Positions 17,809-25,572 of a stretch of DNA of 25,572 bases are shown piece after piece. The position numbers and the translations under genes are program-made. The first letter of the stretch is position 1; each line of letters starts with the position of its first letter. This DNA comes from an uncultured bacterium (GTDB lineage: Bacteria > Zixibacteria > MSB-5A5 > UBA10806). The stretch lies in NCBI GenBank assembly GCA_965372205.1, contig CBDVBL010000001.1, forward strand, positions 1 through 25,572, in the 5' to 3' direction. The notes under the pieces were generated by a model. That model saw nothing but the letters and a program-made list of their open reading frames with translations. It had not been told where the DNA came from and searched no databases.

Positions 17809-19353
17809 TCACCCCTCCTCCAACCTCCTTAAAGCCTCCGGCACCATATGCAGTATATCGCCCGCGATCATGCCGCGGGAGCCGAGGCTCTCAGAAGCCA
17901 GGTCGCCCGCCTTGCCATGAACATAACAGCCGAGCACAGCGGCGTCGATGTCGATCATGCCCTGCGCTAGGAAGCCGCCGATGAGACCGGTCAGGACATC
18001 ACCCGAACCGGCGGTGGCCATCCCCTCGTTGCCGGTAGGGTTGATCCAAGCCTGGCCCGACGGCGCGGCAATCACCGATGGTGCGCCTTTTAATATGCAG
18101 ACAAGGTTGAACTCATCGGCAAACTCCAATGCGATATCGATCCTGTTTTTTTCGATCTGGTCTATTGTTTTGCCGGTCAGGCGCGACATTTCACCGGGGT
18201 GCGGGGAGATGACAAGAGGCGCCGTGTGATCTTTCAGATAATCCATATTTTTGGCCAGTATGTTCAAGGCGTCGGCATCGAACACTGCGGGTTTATCCAG
18301 CTTTGATATCAGCCGAAAAATCAGGTCGCGGGTCTCATGATATATGCCGATCCCCGGCCCCACCGCTACGGCATCGGCCCACTTGACCATCTCGCGGACC
18401 TCGCCCAGGCCCCTGAGAGCCAGGCATCGCCTCTTGCGCACCTGAGGTAGTGGTCTGGTCATGACCTCGGTTAGTTTCTGCTCGAAAATATCGTTCAGGC
18501 CGGACGGACAACCGAGGATCACCAGGCCTGTCCCGGATCGCAGCCCGGCCTCGGCGGTCATGGCGGCAGCGCCGGTATATCCCTCGGAACCGGCGAGGAC
18601 GAAGAGCTTGCCGAAATCCCCCTTATGCGAGTCGGGAGCACGGCGCGGGAGCATGGCGGCCGCTTCATCCTCCATCAGTAGGTACCGATCGATATCCTCC
18701 TGGTCTATGGCTTCATCCGGAAAACCGATATCGGCCACCAGAAGCAGGCCGCAATATTCCTTACCAGGGTAGACCGCCTGGCCGAATTTAGGCAGGCCGA
18801 ACGTGACAGTCAAATCGGCGCGAACGCATGGCTCGGCGACCGCTCCGGTTGCCCCGTCAAGGCCGCTGGGAGCATCGATAGCCACCACCGATGCGGGATG
18901 ATCATTGATTCTTAAGATTATCTTATCATAAGGAGTCTTTATATCGCCTGAAAATCCGGTGCCGAATATCGCATCGATTATGATGTTTGAGTGGCTATCA
19001 ATCGAGAAATCATCAATGTCATCAATCTCCTTGACATAAAGCCCCATCTTCTCAGCCCTCTTGAGATTGGTCCCGGCGTCGCCTTCAACTATATCCGCGC
19101 GGCCTGTGAGGAAGATTTCTATTTTGGCGCCTTTTTCGTGAAGGTAACGGGCCGCGACGAAGCCGTCGCCGCCATTGTTACCCTTGCCGCAAACGATAGT
19201 AATCACCTGGCCGGTGATATCGCCGTACTGTTCGATGATGGCATCAACTACACGGCTGCCGGCGGCTTCCATAAGCTCCAGCCCGGGTATCTTCATACCC
19301 TCGATGGCCCGCCGGTCGATATTCTGCATCTGCTTGGGGGTACAAAGTTTCAT
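17809..19353 (-). CDS. nnr: Bifunctional NAD(P)H-hydrate epimerase/dehydratase (YjeF)
   Basis: CGKGNNGGDG, IIDAIFGTG, DSHKGDFG, GSEGYTGAA, VGPGIG, DADAL, SPHPGEMSRL, LKGAPSVI and GMATAGSGDVLTG. Confidence 0.95.
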   Translation of the reverse strand: MKLCTPKQMQNIDRRAIEGMKIPGLELMEAAGSRVVDAIIEQYGDITGQVITIVCGKGNNGGDGFVAARYLHEKGAKIEIFLTGRADIVEGDAGTNLKRAEKMGLYVKEIDDIDDFSIDSHSNIIIDAIFGTGFSGDIKTPYDKIILRINDHPASVVAIDAPSGLDGATGAVAEPCVRADLTVTFGLPKFGQAVYPGKEYCGLLLVADIGFPDEAIDQEDIDRYLLMEDEAAAMLPRRAPDSHKGDFGKLFVLAGSEGYTGAAAMTAEAGLRSGTGLVILGCPSGLNDIFEQKLTEVMTRPLPQVRKRRCLALRGLGEVREMVKWADAVAVGPGIGIYHETRDLIFRLISKLDKPAVFDADALNILAKNMDYLKDHTAPLVISPHPGEMSRLTGKTIDQIEKNRIDIALEFADEFNLVCILKGAPSVIAAPSGQAWINPTGNEGMATAGSGDVLTGLIGGFLAQGMIDIDAAVLGCYVHGKAGDLASESLGSRGMIAGDILHMVPEALRRLEEG

Positions 19354-19491
19354 AATACTATTTTATGGAGATAGTTGTTGATAGTCAATAGACTACTGCG
19401 GCCGTATATATTTTTCGGCCCGATTAAGATTCGGACGCATAGGCAATGGGAACGGACCGAAAATATGCGCTATATAGACACCGGCCGGTTG

Positions 19492-20019
19492 TTACTTCCG
19501 GCTCCAGTGGTTTTCCAGAAGTTTGGAAAAATCCTTCCCGGGAGAAGCCAGCTCAAAGGTCTCTGAAAATTCATCTTCGTTCTGAATGGTGAAAATCTGT
19601 CTGGCTCTCCAACCCTCGGATATATTTTCGATGCTTTCACTTATGAATACGAACCTTTTACCATCGGAAGACAGGGTGTCAAGCGTATACTGGTTTACGA
19701 ATCCCTCGACATGGAATTCCCTTAGTACAAACAATCCCCTGATTTTATCATAGCTAATGAAAACCCAATCCTCATGCACCTAGCCTTCGGGATTTTTCTC
19801 CTGCGGTTCGAAGACAGACCTATTTTTCGCATGCAGGAAACGATCGTTCATTATAAAAGAGTATTCCCTCTCCCCTTTGCCGATACCGGCCGCGCCGGTT
19901 TCATGACCCTCCCAGGAGCCGACGAAATACTTAAACGGTTTCCATACATCCCTCTCTTCACCCTCCTGAGCCCAAAGAACCGACATGCTGATAATTAAAA
20001 GCAGAATCAACTTTTTCAT
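19492..20019 (-). pseudogene. Secreted beta-barrel-like (GxW, calycin-like) hypothetical protein interrupted by an in-frame TAG at 19780-19782
   Basis: RBS CAGGAGG, signal peptide MKKLILLLIISMSVLWA. The two ORF-track pieces are directly contiguous in one frame: PQEKNPEG*VHEDWVFISYDK. FVGSWEG motif. Fold call is tentative. Confidence 0.7.
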
Positions 20020-20121
20020 GAGGTCCTCCTGTGTAACGGCTACTTATATTAGGAAAGCAAGATTCGTTAGTCAATAAGTATGCGATGAAGGGACGAAATC
20101 TCCAGTCAATAGTCAAATCCA

Positions 20122-20172
20122 CAGGTCGAAGGCTCGTCCTACAGATCCGTAGGATATGAGGGGTTTGACCTG
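20122..20172. repeat. Palindromic REP-like element between divergent genes
   Basis: CAGGTCGAA...GTCCTAC-AGATCC-GTAGGAT...TTTGACCTG nested inverted repeats. 20131-20148 is a 17/18 reverse-complement match to 24733-24750. Confidence 0.55.
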
Positions 20173-20227
20173 CAAGATACTCGGTGTTATATTCACCCTC
20201 ATCGAAAACTGCTTGAGGAGATAAGCA

Positions 20228-21322
20228 ATGATAAAGAAAACGCCTTTTTACGATATCCATCAGAAATCAGGAGCTAAGATAGTAGAATTCGCCGGTTACT
20301 ACATGCCGGTACAGTACCGCTCCATGAAGGAGGAGCATAAGCGGATTCGGAAATCGGTCGGTATATTCGATCTCTCGCACATGGGGGAGTTCGTGGTCTC
20401 CGGGCATGGCGCCCGGCAATTCGTGCAGTACGCAGTCACCAACGATGTCTATTCGATGGGGATTGGCCAGGTGCTCTATACCTGCATGTGTTATCCCGAC
20501 GGCGGTATCGTGGATGATCTGTTGGTCTATAATCTGGGCGATACATATATGCTGGTGGTCAACGCATCGAATATAGAAAAAGACTATGCTCACCTTCTGT
20601 CGCTTAAGAAGCATGAGGATATCGAACTTGCCAACCTCTCAGATGAGACCGCACTATTAGCGATTCAGGGGCCCGATGCCGAGAAAGTAATGGCGAAAAT
20701 GACCGGTTATGATCTGCCGTCGTTACGTTTCTACTGGTCGGCGACCGCTGAGGTCGCAGGCACGGAGATGGTCCTCTCTCGCACCGGCTACACCGGCGAA
20801 GAAGGTTTTGAGCTTTATTTTTCTCCACGGCACGCAGAGCGTATATGGAACGCGGCCATGGAGGCCTCTAAGGAATTCGGTGGCGAACCGGTCGGACTGG
20901 GAGCCAGAGATTCACTGCGGCTGGAGATGAAATACGCGCTGTACGGTAACGACATAGACGAAACGACCAATCCCCTTGAGGCGGGCCTCGGCTGGACGGT
21001 TAAACTCGATAGCGGGGATTTTGTCGGCAGGAATGCATTGGAGAAAATTAAAGCCGAAGGTCTCAAGAGGAAACTGATCGCCTTCGAGCTTAAGGAGAGG
21101 GGATTCCCCAGGCAGCATTACCCCATAGTGGCCGGTGGTAGACAGGTCGGCGAGGTCGCCTCGGGGACGTTCTCTCCAATGCTTGAGAAGGGGATCGGGA
21201 TCGGTTATGTTCCGATTGAGCATTCGAAGATCGGCACCGAGATAGGGATCGATATCAGGGGGAAGATCGCGCCGGCAGAGATCGTAAAGCCGCCGTTTTA
21301 TAAGCAGGGAAGCCGACGATAA
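20228..21322 (+). CDS. gcvT: Glycine cleavage system aminomethyltransferase T
   Basis: KTPFYDIH, EFAGYYMPVQY, FDLSHMGE, DGGIVDDL, VNASN, AIQGP, SRTGYTGEEGFE, GLGARDSLRLEM and KPPFY. Confidence 0.95.
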   Translation: MIKKTPFYDIHQKSGAKIVEFAGYYMPVQYRSMKEEHKRIRKSVGIFDLSHMGEFVVSGHGARQFVQYAVTNDVYSMGIGQVLYTCMCYPDGGIVDDLLVYNLGDTYMLVVNASNIEKDYAHLLSLKKHEDIELANLSDETALLAIQGPDAEKVMAKMTGYDLPSLRFYWSATAEVAGTEMVLSRTGYTGEEGFELYFSPRHAERIWNAAMEASKEFGGEPVGLGARDSLRLEMKYALYGNDIDETTNPLEAGLGWTVKLDSGDFVGRNALEKIKAEGLKRKLIAFELKERGFPRQHYPIVAGGRQVGEVASGTFSPMLEKGIGIGYVPIEHSKIGTEIGIDIRGKIAPAEIVKPPFYKQGSRR

Positions 21323-21372
21323 AAAGTCGATCCGACCTTTATAATATCCTATAGTATTACCCGGGAACCATT

Positions 21373-21387
21373 CGATAATAATTATCG
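21373..21387. promoter_or_regulatory. Fur-family operator (7-1-7 inverted repeat)
   Basis: CGATAAT-A-ATTATCG perfect 7-1-7 palindrome, 14 bp upstream of a Fur-family gene. Confidence 0.65.
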
Positions 21388-21401
21388 TTTGATAAATAGG
21401 T

Positions 21402-21857
21402 ATGACGACGATGGAAGTTACTGATAGAATTGAGGCTCTCAGAGCCCATTGCAGGAAGAGTCGGATTCCTCTAACACATCAGAGGATAGAGGTTTATCGA
21501 ATTCTACTGAACTCGAAAGAGCATCCGTCCCCGGAGGCGATCTACCGTCGGCTGAGAGAATCGTTTTCAACTCTTTCATTAGCAACGGTTTACAGAAATC
21601 TTGAGGCGTTGAACAGGGTTGGCTTCGTAAGAAAAGTAAATGTGCTGTCGGATCATGCCCGGTACGATGGCGATATCAAACAGCATAGTCATTTCATCTG
21701 TCTTTCGTGCCGAAGGGTGGAGGACGTTCATTTTGAGGAATTGGAGAGCATTCGGATACCGGATCCTCCGGATTCCGAGCATGTAATAACCGAAAAGACG
21801 ATTGTATTCATGGGAATATGTAAACCGTGTCAAACAGACACACAGGAGAAAAAATGA
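21402..21857 (+). CDS. perR: Fur-family transcriptional repressor, PerR-like
   Basis: LTHQR, HPSPEAIY, SLATVYRNL, RYD, HSHFICLSC and GICKPC (Cys4 zinc site). Coupled to a peroxiredoxin, which favours PerR. Confidence 0.8.
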   Translation: MTTMEVTDRIEALRAHCRKSRIPLTHQRIEVYRILLNSKEHPSPEAIYRRLRESFSTLSLATVYRNLEALNRVGFVRKVNVLSDHARYDGDIKQHSHFICLSCRRVEDVHFEELESIRIPDPPDSEHVITEKTIVFMGICKPCQTDTQEKK

Positions 21858-22375
21858 GTTTGAGAGTGGGATCGAAGGCCCCTGATTTCAAAATGCAGGG
21901 CGTATACAAGGGCGAATTCAAGGATTTCAGCCTTTCCGATTACAAGGGCAAATGGGTGGTTCTGTTTTTCTATCCACTCGATTTCACGTTTGTCTGCCCC
22001 ACCGAGATTAGAGAGTTCTCCAAACGAAATGCGGAATTCGAAAAGAATAACGCCAGGGTTCTGGGTGCTTCGGTTGATTCAGTATATTCGCACGATGCCT
22101 GGATAAAAGGCGAGCTGAGTGAGCTGGCCTATCCGCTGCTTTCGGATATCACCAAAAAAGTATCCGAGGATTACGATGTTTTACTCGATGACGGCATGGC
22201 GCTTCGCGGGACTTTCATCATAGATCCCGACGGCATCCTGCGCTGGATGGTGGTCTCCGATCTCGGCACCGGCCGTTCGGTCTCCGAGACCTTGAGATCA
22301 CTGCAGGCTTTGCAGACCGGCGAACTCTGCGGTGTGGACTGGGGACCGGGAGAGAAGACCCTGGGCGCCGCATAA
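21854..22375 (+). CDS. ahpC: Typical 2-Cys peroxiredoxin (AhpC/TSA)
   Basis: ATG at 21854 overlaps the perR stop (ATGA), RBS CAGGAG. FFYPLDFTFVCPTE peroxidatic motif, SVDS, RGTFIIDP, GRS and C-terminal ELC resolving Cys. Confidence 0.92.
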   Translation: MSLRVGSKAPDFKMQGVYKGEFKDFSLSDYKGKWVVLFFYPLDFTFVCPTEIREFSKRNAEFEKNNARVLGASVDSVYSHDAWIKGELSELAYPLLSDITKKVSEDYDVLLDDGMALRGTFIIDPDGILRWMVVSDLGTGRSVSETLRSLQALQTGELCGVDWGPGEKTLGAA

Positions 22376-22388
22376 TACGATAGATTCC

Positions 22389-22434
22389 GTTCGGTCAGGT
22401 CGTAGATCATTTGATCGTGACCTGACGGAACTAC
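22389..22434. repeat. GTAG-type REP-like hairpin
   Basis: GTTCGGTCAGGTC...GACCTGACGGAAC inverted repeat (one mismatch) ending in CTAC, i.e. GTAG on the minus strand. Confidence 0.6.
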
Positions 22435-22470
22435 CAATAGTATTTAAGCCCACATCATGGCCCAACACCG

Positions 22471-22506
22471 AAAGCCGGAGACTGCAAAGCCTCCGGCTTT
22501 TGTTTT
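22471..22506 (+). terminator. Rho-independent terminator of perR-ahpC
   Basis: AAAGCCGGAG-N10-CTCCGGCTTT perfect 10-bp stem followed by TGTTTT. Confidence 0.8.
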
Positions 22507-22621
22507 GAGCGTAGGTTAACGTCTGAGACCCATAGCCAGCCTTTACGTAGAAAAAGATGTTGCCTTCCATATCGTAAATTGTTATGTTATAAAAAATCTT
22601 TCAAAGGCACGGATACGACAG

Positions 22622-24646
22622 ATGCCCGATACAATCTTGCGTAAAAAACGCCCGTTTGTAGGGCGGAAGGACCTGATAGACGCCTTTAGAGATGCCGTCA
22701 ATTCCAAAAAGCCGGATGAGCATAAGATATTGGTTTATCACGGCGTGGCCGGAATAGGTAAGACGGCCCTGCGAATAGAGCTGGCAAAGGAACTGGAGAA
22801 AATCGATTCTGACGCGAAATGGGCGCTTTTGGATTTTGACCTCCCCTACTATCGTGATATCGAAACGGCGCTTTTCTGCCTCCGCCAGGAATTTAAAAGC
22901 AAATATAAAATCGATTTCCCAACCTTCGATATAGGCTACGCCGTTTACTGGAGGAAAATCAAACCGCAAGTTCCTTTAAATCAGAGCAGTTTCCCATTAT
23001 GGGACGAAACCGGACTTCTGGCAGATCTCATAAAGGATTCCGGTGATATACCGCTTATAGGATTCATTCCAAAATTGATCAAGGTGGTGGCTAAAGCAGA
23101 TAAATATATAAGCGATTGGTTCACCAAAAGGGGAAATGCGCTGCTGTGGAATCTGCCCGACATGGAAGCTAAGGATATCGAAAAACTCATACCGATATTC
23201 CTGGCTGAGGATTTAGATAATTATACCGAGGAATACGGGTACAAGACCGTAGTATTTATAGATACATACGAACAGCTATGGGGCAAGGACAGGACGGAAG
23301 CGGAACGCTTCACAAAGGATGAATGGATACGGGAAATTATAGAGAAGACGCCGCGAATAATCTGGGTTATCGGCGGGCGCAAAGAACTCGAATGGCCCAA
23401 ACGGGATAAAGTCTGGGAAAACCGGATTGAACCACATCGTGTTGATGACCTGGAGGATAAGTATGCGAATAGATATCTCAAAGAAAGCGGTATCGACAAC
23501 GAAGATATACGCAAGGTTATTATTAAAGGCAGCAAAGGTGTCCCGTTCTATTTAGACCTCTCTGTTGATACCTATGATGAAATAAAGAGTAAAGGAAAAG
23601 AGCCTGCTATTGGCGATTTCGGAAAAACGGCAAGGGAGGTTCTTGACCTCTTCATCCGAAGTATGAACGAGAACGAAATCCAGACGTTGAACGTTCTTTC
23701 CGCGACAAGGTTCTGGGATCAGGAGATCTTTGTTGCTCTTATCAAGCATTTTGGGACAGGCTATCCTCTGACCAAGATTAAGGAGTTTCATCGCTTTTCG
23801 TTTATAAAAGCGAGGCCGGAAAGCCGCACCTGGGTCATGCACGAATTGATGCGCGACAGCCTCATCGAACATTCCGCTGAAAAAGATTTATATAAGAATG
23901 CTAATACCTGGCTATTCGATTATTACAACGCTCAACTTGACGATCTTGAACCAAAGAACATTATGGAAAGTCACAAAACCGCCCTCAGCGAATCCTACTA
24001 CCATGCCACGCAGAGCCTGGCGCCAGATAAACTATTTGGATGGTTTAGGAAGACCAGCGATCCGTTTTACAAAGGCGCGCAGTGGGCTTTTTTAACACTG
24101 CTGTATCTGGATATTAGAGGCATTATTGAAAAAGCCCTGGGCCCCGATCATCAGGATGTTGCCTTCGTACTGAACAATCTGGCTCTTTTATATAGATCTC
24201 AGGGCAGGTACGCGGAGGCCGAGCCTTTATTCAGGCGGTCCCTTGAGATAGGGGAAAAAGCCATGGGCCCCGATCATCCTGATGTTGCCGCCACGCTGAG
24301 TAATCTGGCCGGTTTATATAAATCTGAGGGCAGATACGCGGAGGCCGAGCCTTTATACCAGCGGTCCTTTAAGATAGCAGAAAAAACGCTGGGCCCCGAT
24401 CATCCTGATGTTGCCGCCACGCTGAACAATCTGGCTCTTTTATATCAATCACAGCGCAGATACGCGGAGGCCGAGCCTCGCTATAAAAGGGCGCTTGAGA
24501 TATTGGAGAAATCTTTTGGTATGATTCATCCAAATATCGCCTCACTTTTAGAAAATGTGGCCGCGCTGTATGGAAAAATGGACAAAAAAGAAGAGGCGGA
24601 AAGGCACTTAGCCAGAGCTAGGGAAATCCGCAGTAAACTTCAATAG
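22622..24646 (+). CDS. STAND-class P-loop NTPase with C-terminal TPR repeats (NLR-like)
   Basis: FVGR pre-Walker motif, GVAGIGKT Walker A, VVFIDTYE Walker B, GxP (GVPFYL), WVMHELMR, and 42-aa TPRs (GPDHPDVAATLNNLALLYQSQRRYAEAEP). Confidence 0.88.
   Translation: MPDTILRKKRPFVGRKDLIDAFRDAVNSKKPDEHKILVYHGVAGIGKTALRIELAKELEKIDSDAKWALLDFDLPYYRDIETALFCLRQEFKSKYKIDFPTFDIGYAVYWRKIKPQVPLNQSSFPLWDETGLLADLIKDSGDIPLIGFIPKLIKVVAKADKYISDWFTKRGNALLWNLPDMEAKDIEKLIPIFLAEDLDNYTEEYGYKTVVFIDTYEQLWGKDRTEAERFTKDEWIREIIEKTPRIIWVIGGRKELEWPKRDKVWENRIEPHRVDDLEDKYANRYLKESGIDNEDIRKVIIKGSKGVPFYLDLSVDTYDEIKSKGKEPAIGDFGKTAREVLDLFIRSMNENEIQTLNVLSATRFWDQEIFVALIKHFGTGYPLTKIKEFHRFSFIKARPESRTWVMHELMRDSLIEHSAEKDLYKNANTWLFDYYNAQLDDLEPKNIMESHKTALSESYYHATQSLAPDKLFGWFRKTSDPFYKGAQWAFLTLLYLDIRGIIEKALGPDHQDVAFVLNNLALLYRSQGRYAEAEPLFRRSLEIGEKAMGPDHPDVAATLSNLAGLYKSEGRYAEAEPLYQRSFKIAEKTLGPDHPDVAATLNNLALLYQSQRRYAEAEPRYKRALEILEKSFGMIHPNIASLLENVAALYGKMDKKEEAERHLARAREIRSKLQ
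24137..24640 (+). repeat. Coding tandem repeat, 126-bp period (TPR units)
   Basis: Units start at 24137, 24263, 24389 and a degenerate 24515. The GGGCCCCGATCATC...GATGTTGCC core is conserved in the first three. Confidence 0.85.
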
Positions 24647-24689
24647 TGAAATCAACTTACTACGAGCGCGGCTCTTATTAATCGCAGGC

Positions 24690-24763
24690 CGTCAGGTGAG
24701 GCCACTCTGTCCTACGGCCATACGGCCCGTAGGGATCCGTAGGACGAGCCGTATGGCCTGACG
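24690..24763. repeat. Cluster of GTAG REP-like palindromes between convergent genes
   Basis: CGTCAGG...CCTGACG, GTCCTACGG...CCGTAGGAC and GGCCATACGGC...GCCGTATGGCC inverted repeats. Confidence 0.6.
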
Positions 24764-24793
24764 CCACAATTCAATCTTAATGCGATATGATCG

Positions 24794-25210
24794 CTATACT
24801 TTCGCCGTCTTATATATGGCGCCGACTATCAAACCTAATATGACCATCTCGATGGTGCCGAATATCGCCCACATCCAGGCCAGCCAGGCCGATACCGGAA
24901 ACATGGCCCACATCGCCAGCGACGACAACACCCAGAGCATCAAACCGATATACAGACCGTAACGGAGCCCCTCCATGATTCCTTTGCCCTTAAGGCCGTA
25001 GGTGTAAACCCAGACGAACAAAAGGACGAAAATGAATTCTCCCAGATACATAGCCCACATTTTCGAATTCATATCAACTTCGCTGCGGAATACTGTACCC
25101 ATCAGCGGTGCATACGCATCCCCCAGTAACACAACATTGACGATAAAATCCATCACACCCAGCGCTACAAAGGCTACGATTACGGCGATAACGAATTGTT
25201 TCCAGTTCAT
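24794..25210 (-). CDS. Small integral membrane protein (4 TM, possibly DUF1761-like)
   Basis: 138 aa with four hydrophobic segments and a GLRYGLYIG motif. RBS GGAGGG. Confidence 0.75.
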   Translation of the reverse strand: MNWKQFVIAVIVAFVALGVMDFIVNVVLLGDAYAPLMGTVFRSEVDMNSKMWAMYLGEFIFVLLFVWVYTYGLKGKGIMEGLRYGLYIGLMLWVLSSLAMWAMFPVSAWLAWMWAIFGTIEMVILGLIVGAIYKTAKV

Positions 25211-25323
25211 TTGATCCCTCCATTAAACCGGTTTTAATTGACGTGATTGTGGGGGATAAAAGATATATTTTCAAGGCATTTTGATGTCGCGGGTAGACGG
25301 CACAGGCTTATAGCAATAAGTCC

Positions 25324-25572
25324 CTACACGCCCACTGGCAACGTAAATTCCACCACCGCACCGCCGTCATTATAGAACCGTATCTTCCCGCCATGCTCTT
25401 CGACGATTTTTTTCACGATAGCGAGACCCAGGCCCGTGCCGCTTTTCTTGGTGGTGATATATGGCTGGTCGATTTTTTCAAGCATCTATTACGGGAAACC
25501 CCGGCCGGTATACAGAACCCTTAAGTCCACCCAGTCGTTGTTTTTGAGCGCAGATAAATAGAATGTGAAACC
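25324..25572 (-). pseudogene. C-terminal HATPase_c domain of a sensor histidine kinase (5' part outside window), with two consecutive in-frame stops
   Basis: Not in the ORF track. Minus frame reads ...[49 protein letters not shown]..., with TAA at 25489-25491, TAG at 25486-25488 and the G2 box GTGLGL. Confidence 0.85.

Noticed and set aside
9423-21857. Genome-wide TGA reassignment (code 4 or 25)
   Set aside because: TGA ends genes at 9424-9426 and 21855-21857 in ATGA overlaps with the next start, and ends nnr at a normal length, so it works as a stop.
4110-22375. A coordinated metal/oxidative-stress island (copA, nnr, perR-ahpC)
   Set aside because: The genes are far apart, differently oriented and separated by unrelated genes, and no shared operator was found.
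24137-24640. Non-coding repeat array
   Set aside because: The 126-bp period is in frame and explained by TPR units.
87-25274. Numerous overlapping and antisense ORFs in the six-frame track (e.g. 1297..1734, 4308..4793, 7306..7791, 18991..19374, 22601..22969)
   Set aside because: They are shadows of well-supported genes in GC-rich coding DNA and have no motifs of their own.

Overview
Bacterial chromosomal window, probably from an FCB-related lineage. Candidate division Zixibacteria is the best guess, inferred from five QNYPNPFN...LLK T9SS-type C-terminal domains and a Cys/Pro-rich dockerin-like domain. It holds two tandem paralogous secreted proteins with an unknown N-terminal domain, a signal-peptide-bearing pepF and a YHS-HMA-HMA copA. 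Next come three secreted parallel beta-helix proteins (one dockerin-tagged, two T9SS-tagged), an RRE/PqqD-like + M50 site-2 protease + HlyD-adaptor fusion and a SAM methyltransferase. A probable deletion junction then fuses two truncated convergent genes. The right half has an AT-rich membrane-protein gene bracketed by 52-bp REPIN-like direct repeats, nnr, a secreted beta-barrel-like protein, gcvT, a Fur-box-preceded perR-ahpC pair, an effector-less STAND-TPR protein, a small 4-TM protein and the 3' end of a histidine kinase. The most striking cross-cutting signal is five in-frame stops in four otherwise intact genes (TAA, TGA, TAG, TAA-TAG), all one G>T change from Glu/Gly codons, with nearby G:C>T:A-type missense changes. 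This most likely reflects oxidative-type damage or consensus errors, but it mimics a UAR=Glu/UGA=Trp code. The best candidate for a new system is a T9SS-exported cohesin-dockerin-like assembly (hypothesis only). No rRNA, tRNA, CRISPR array or transposase was seen.
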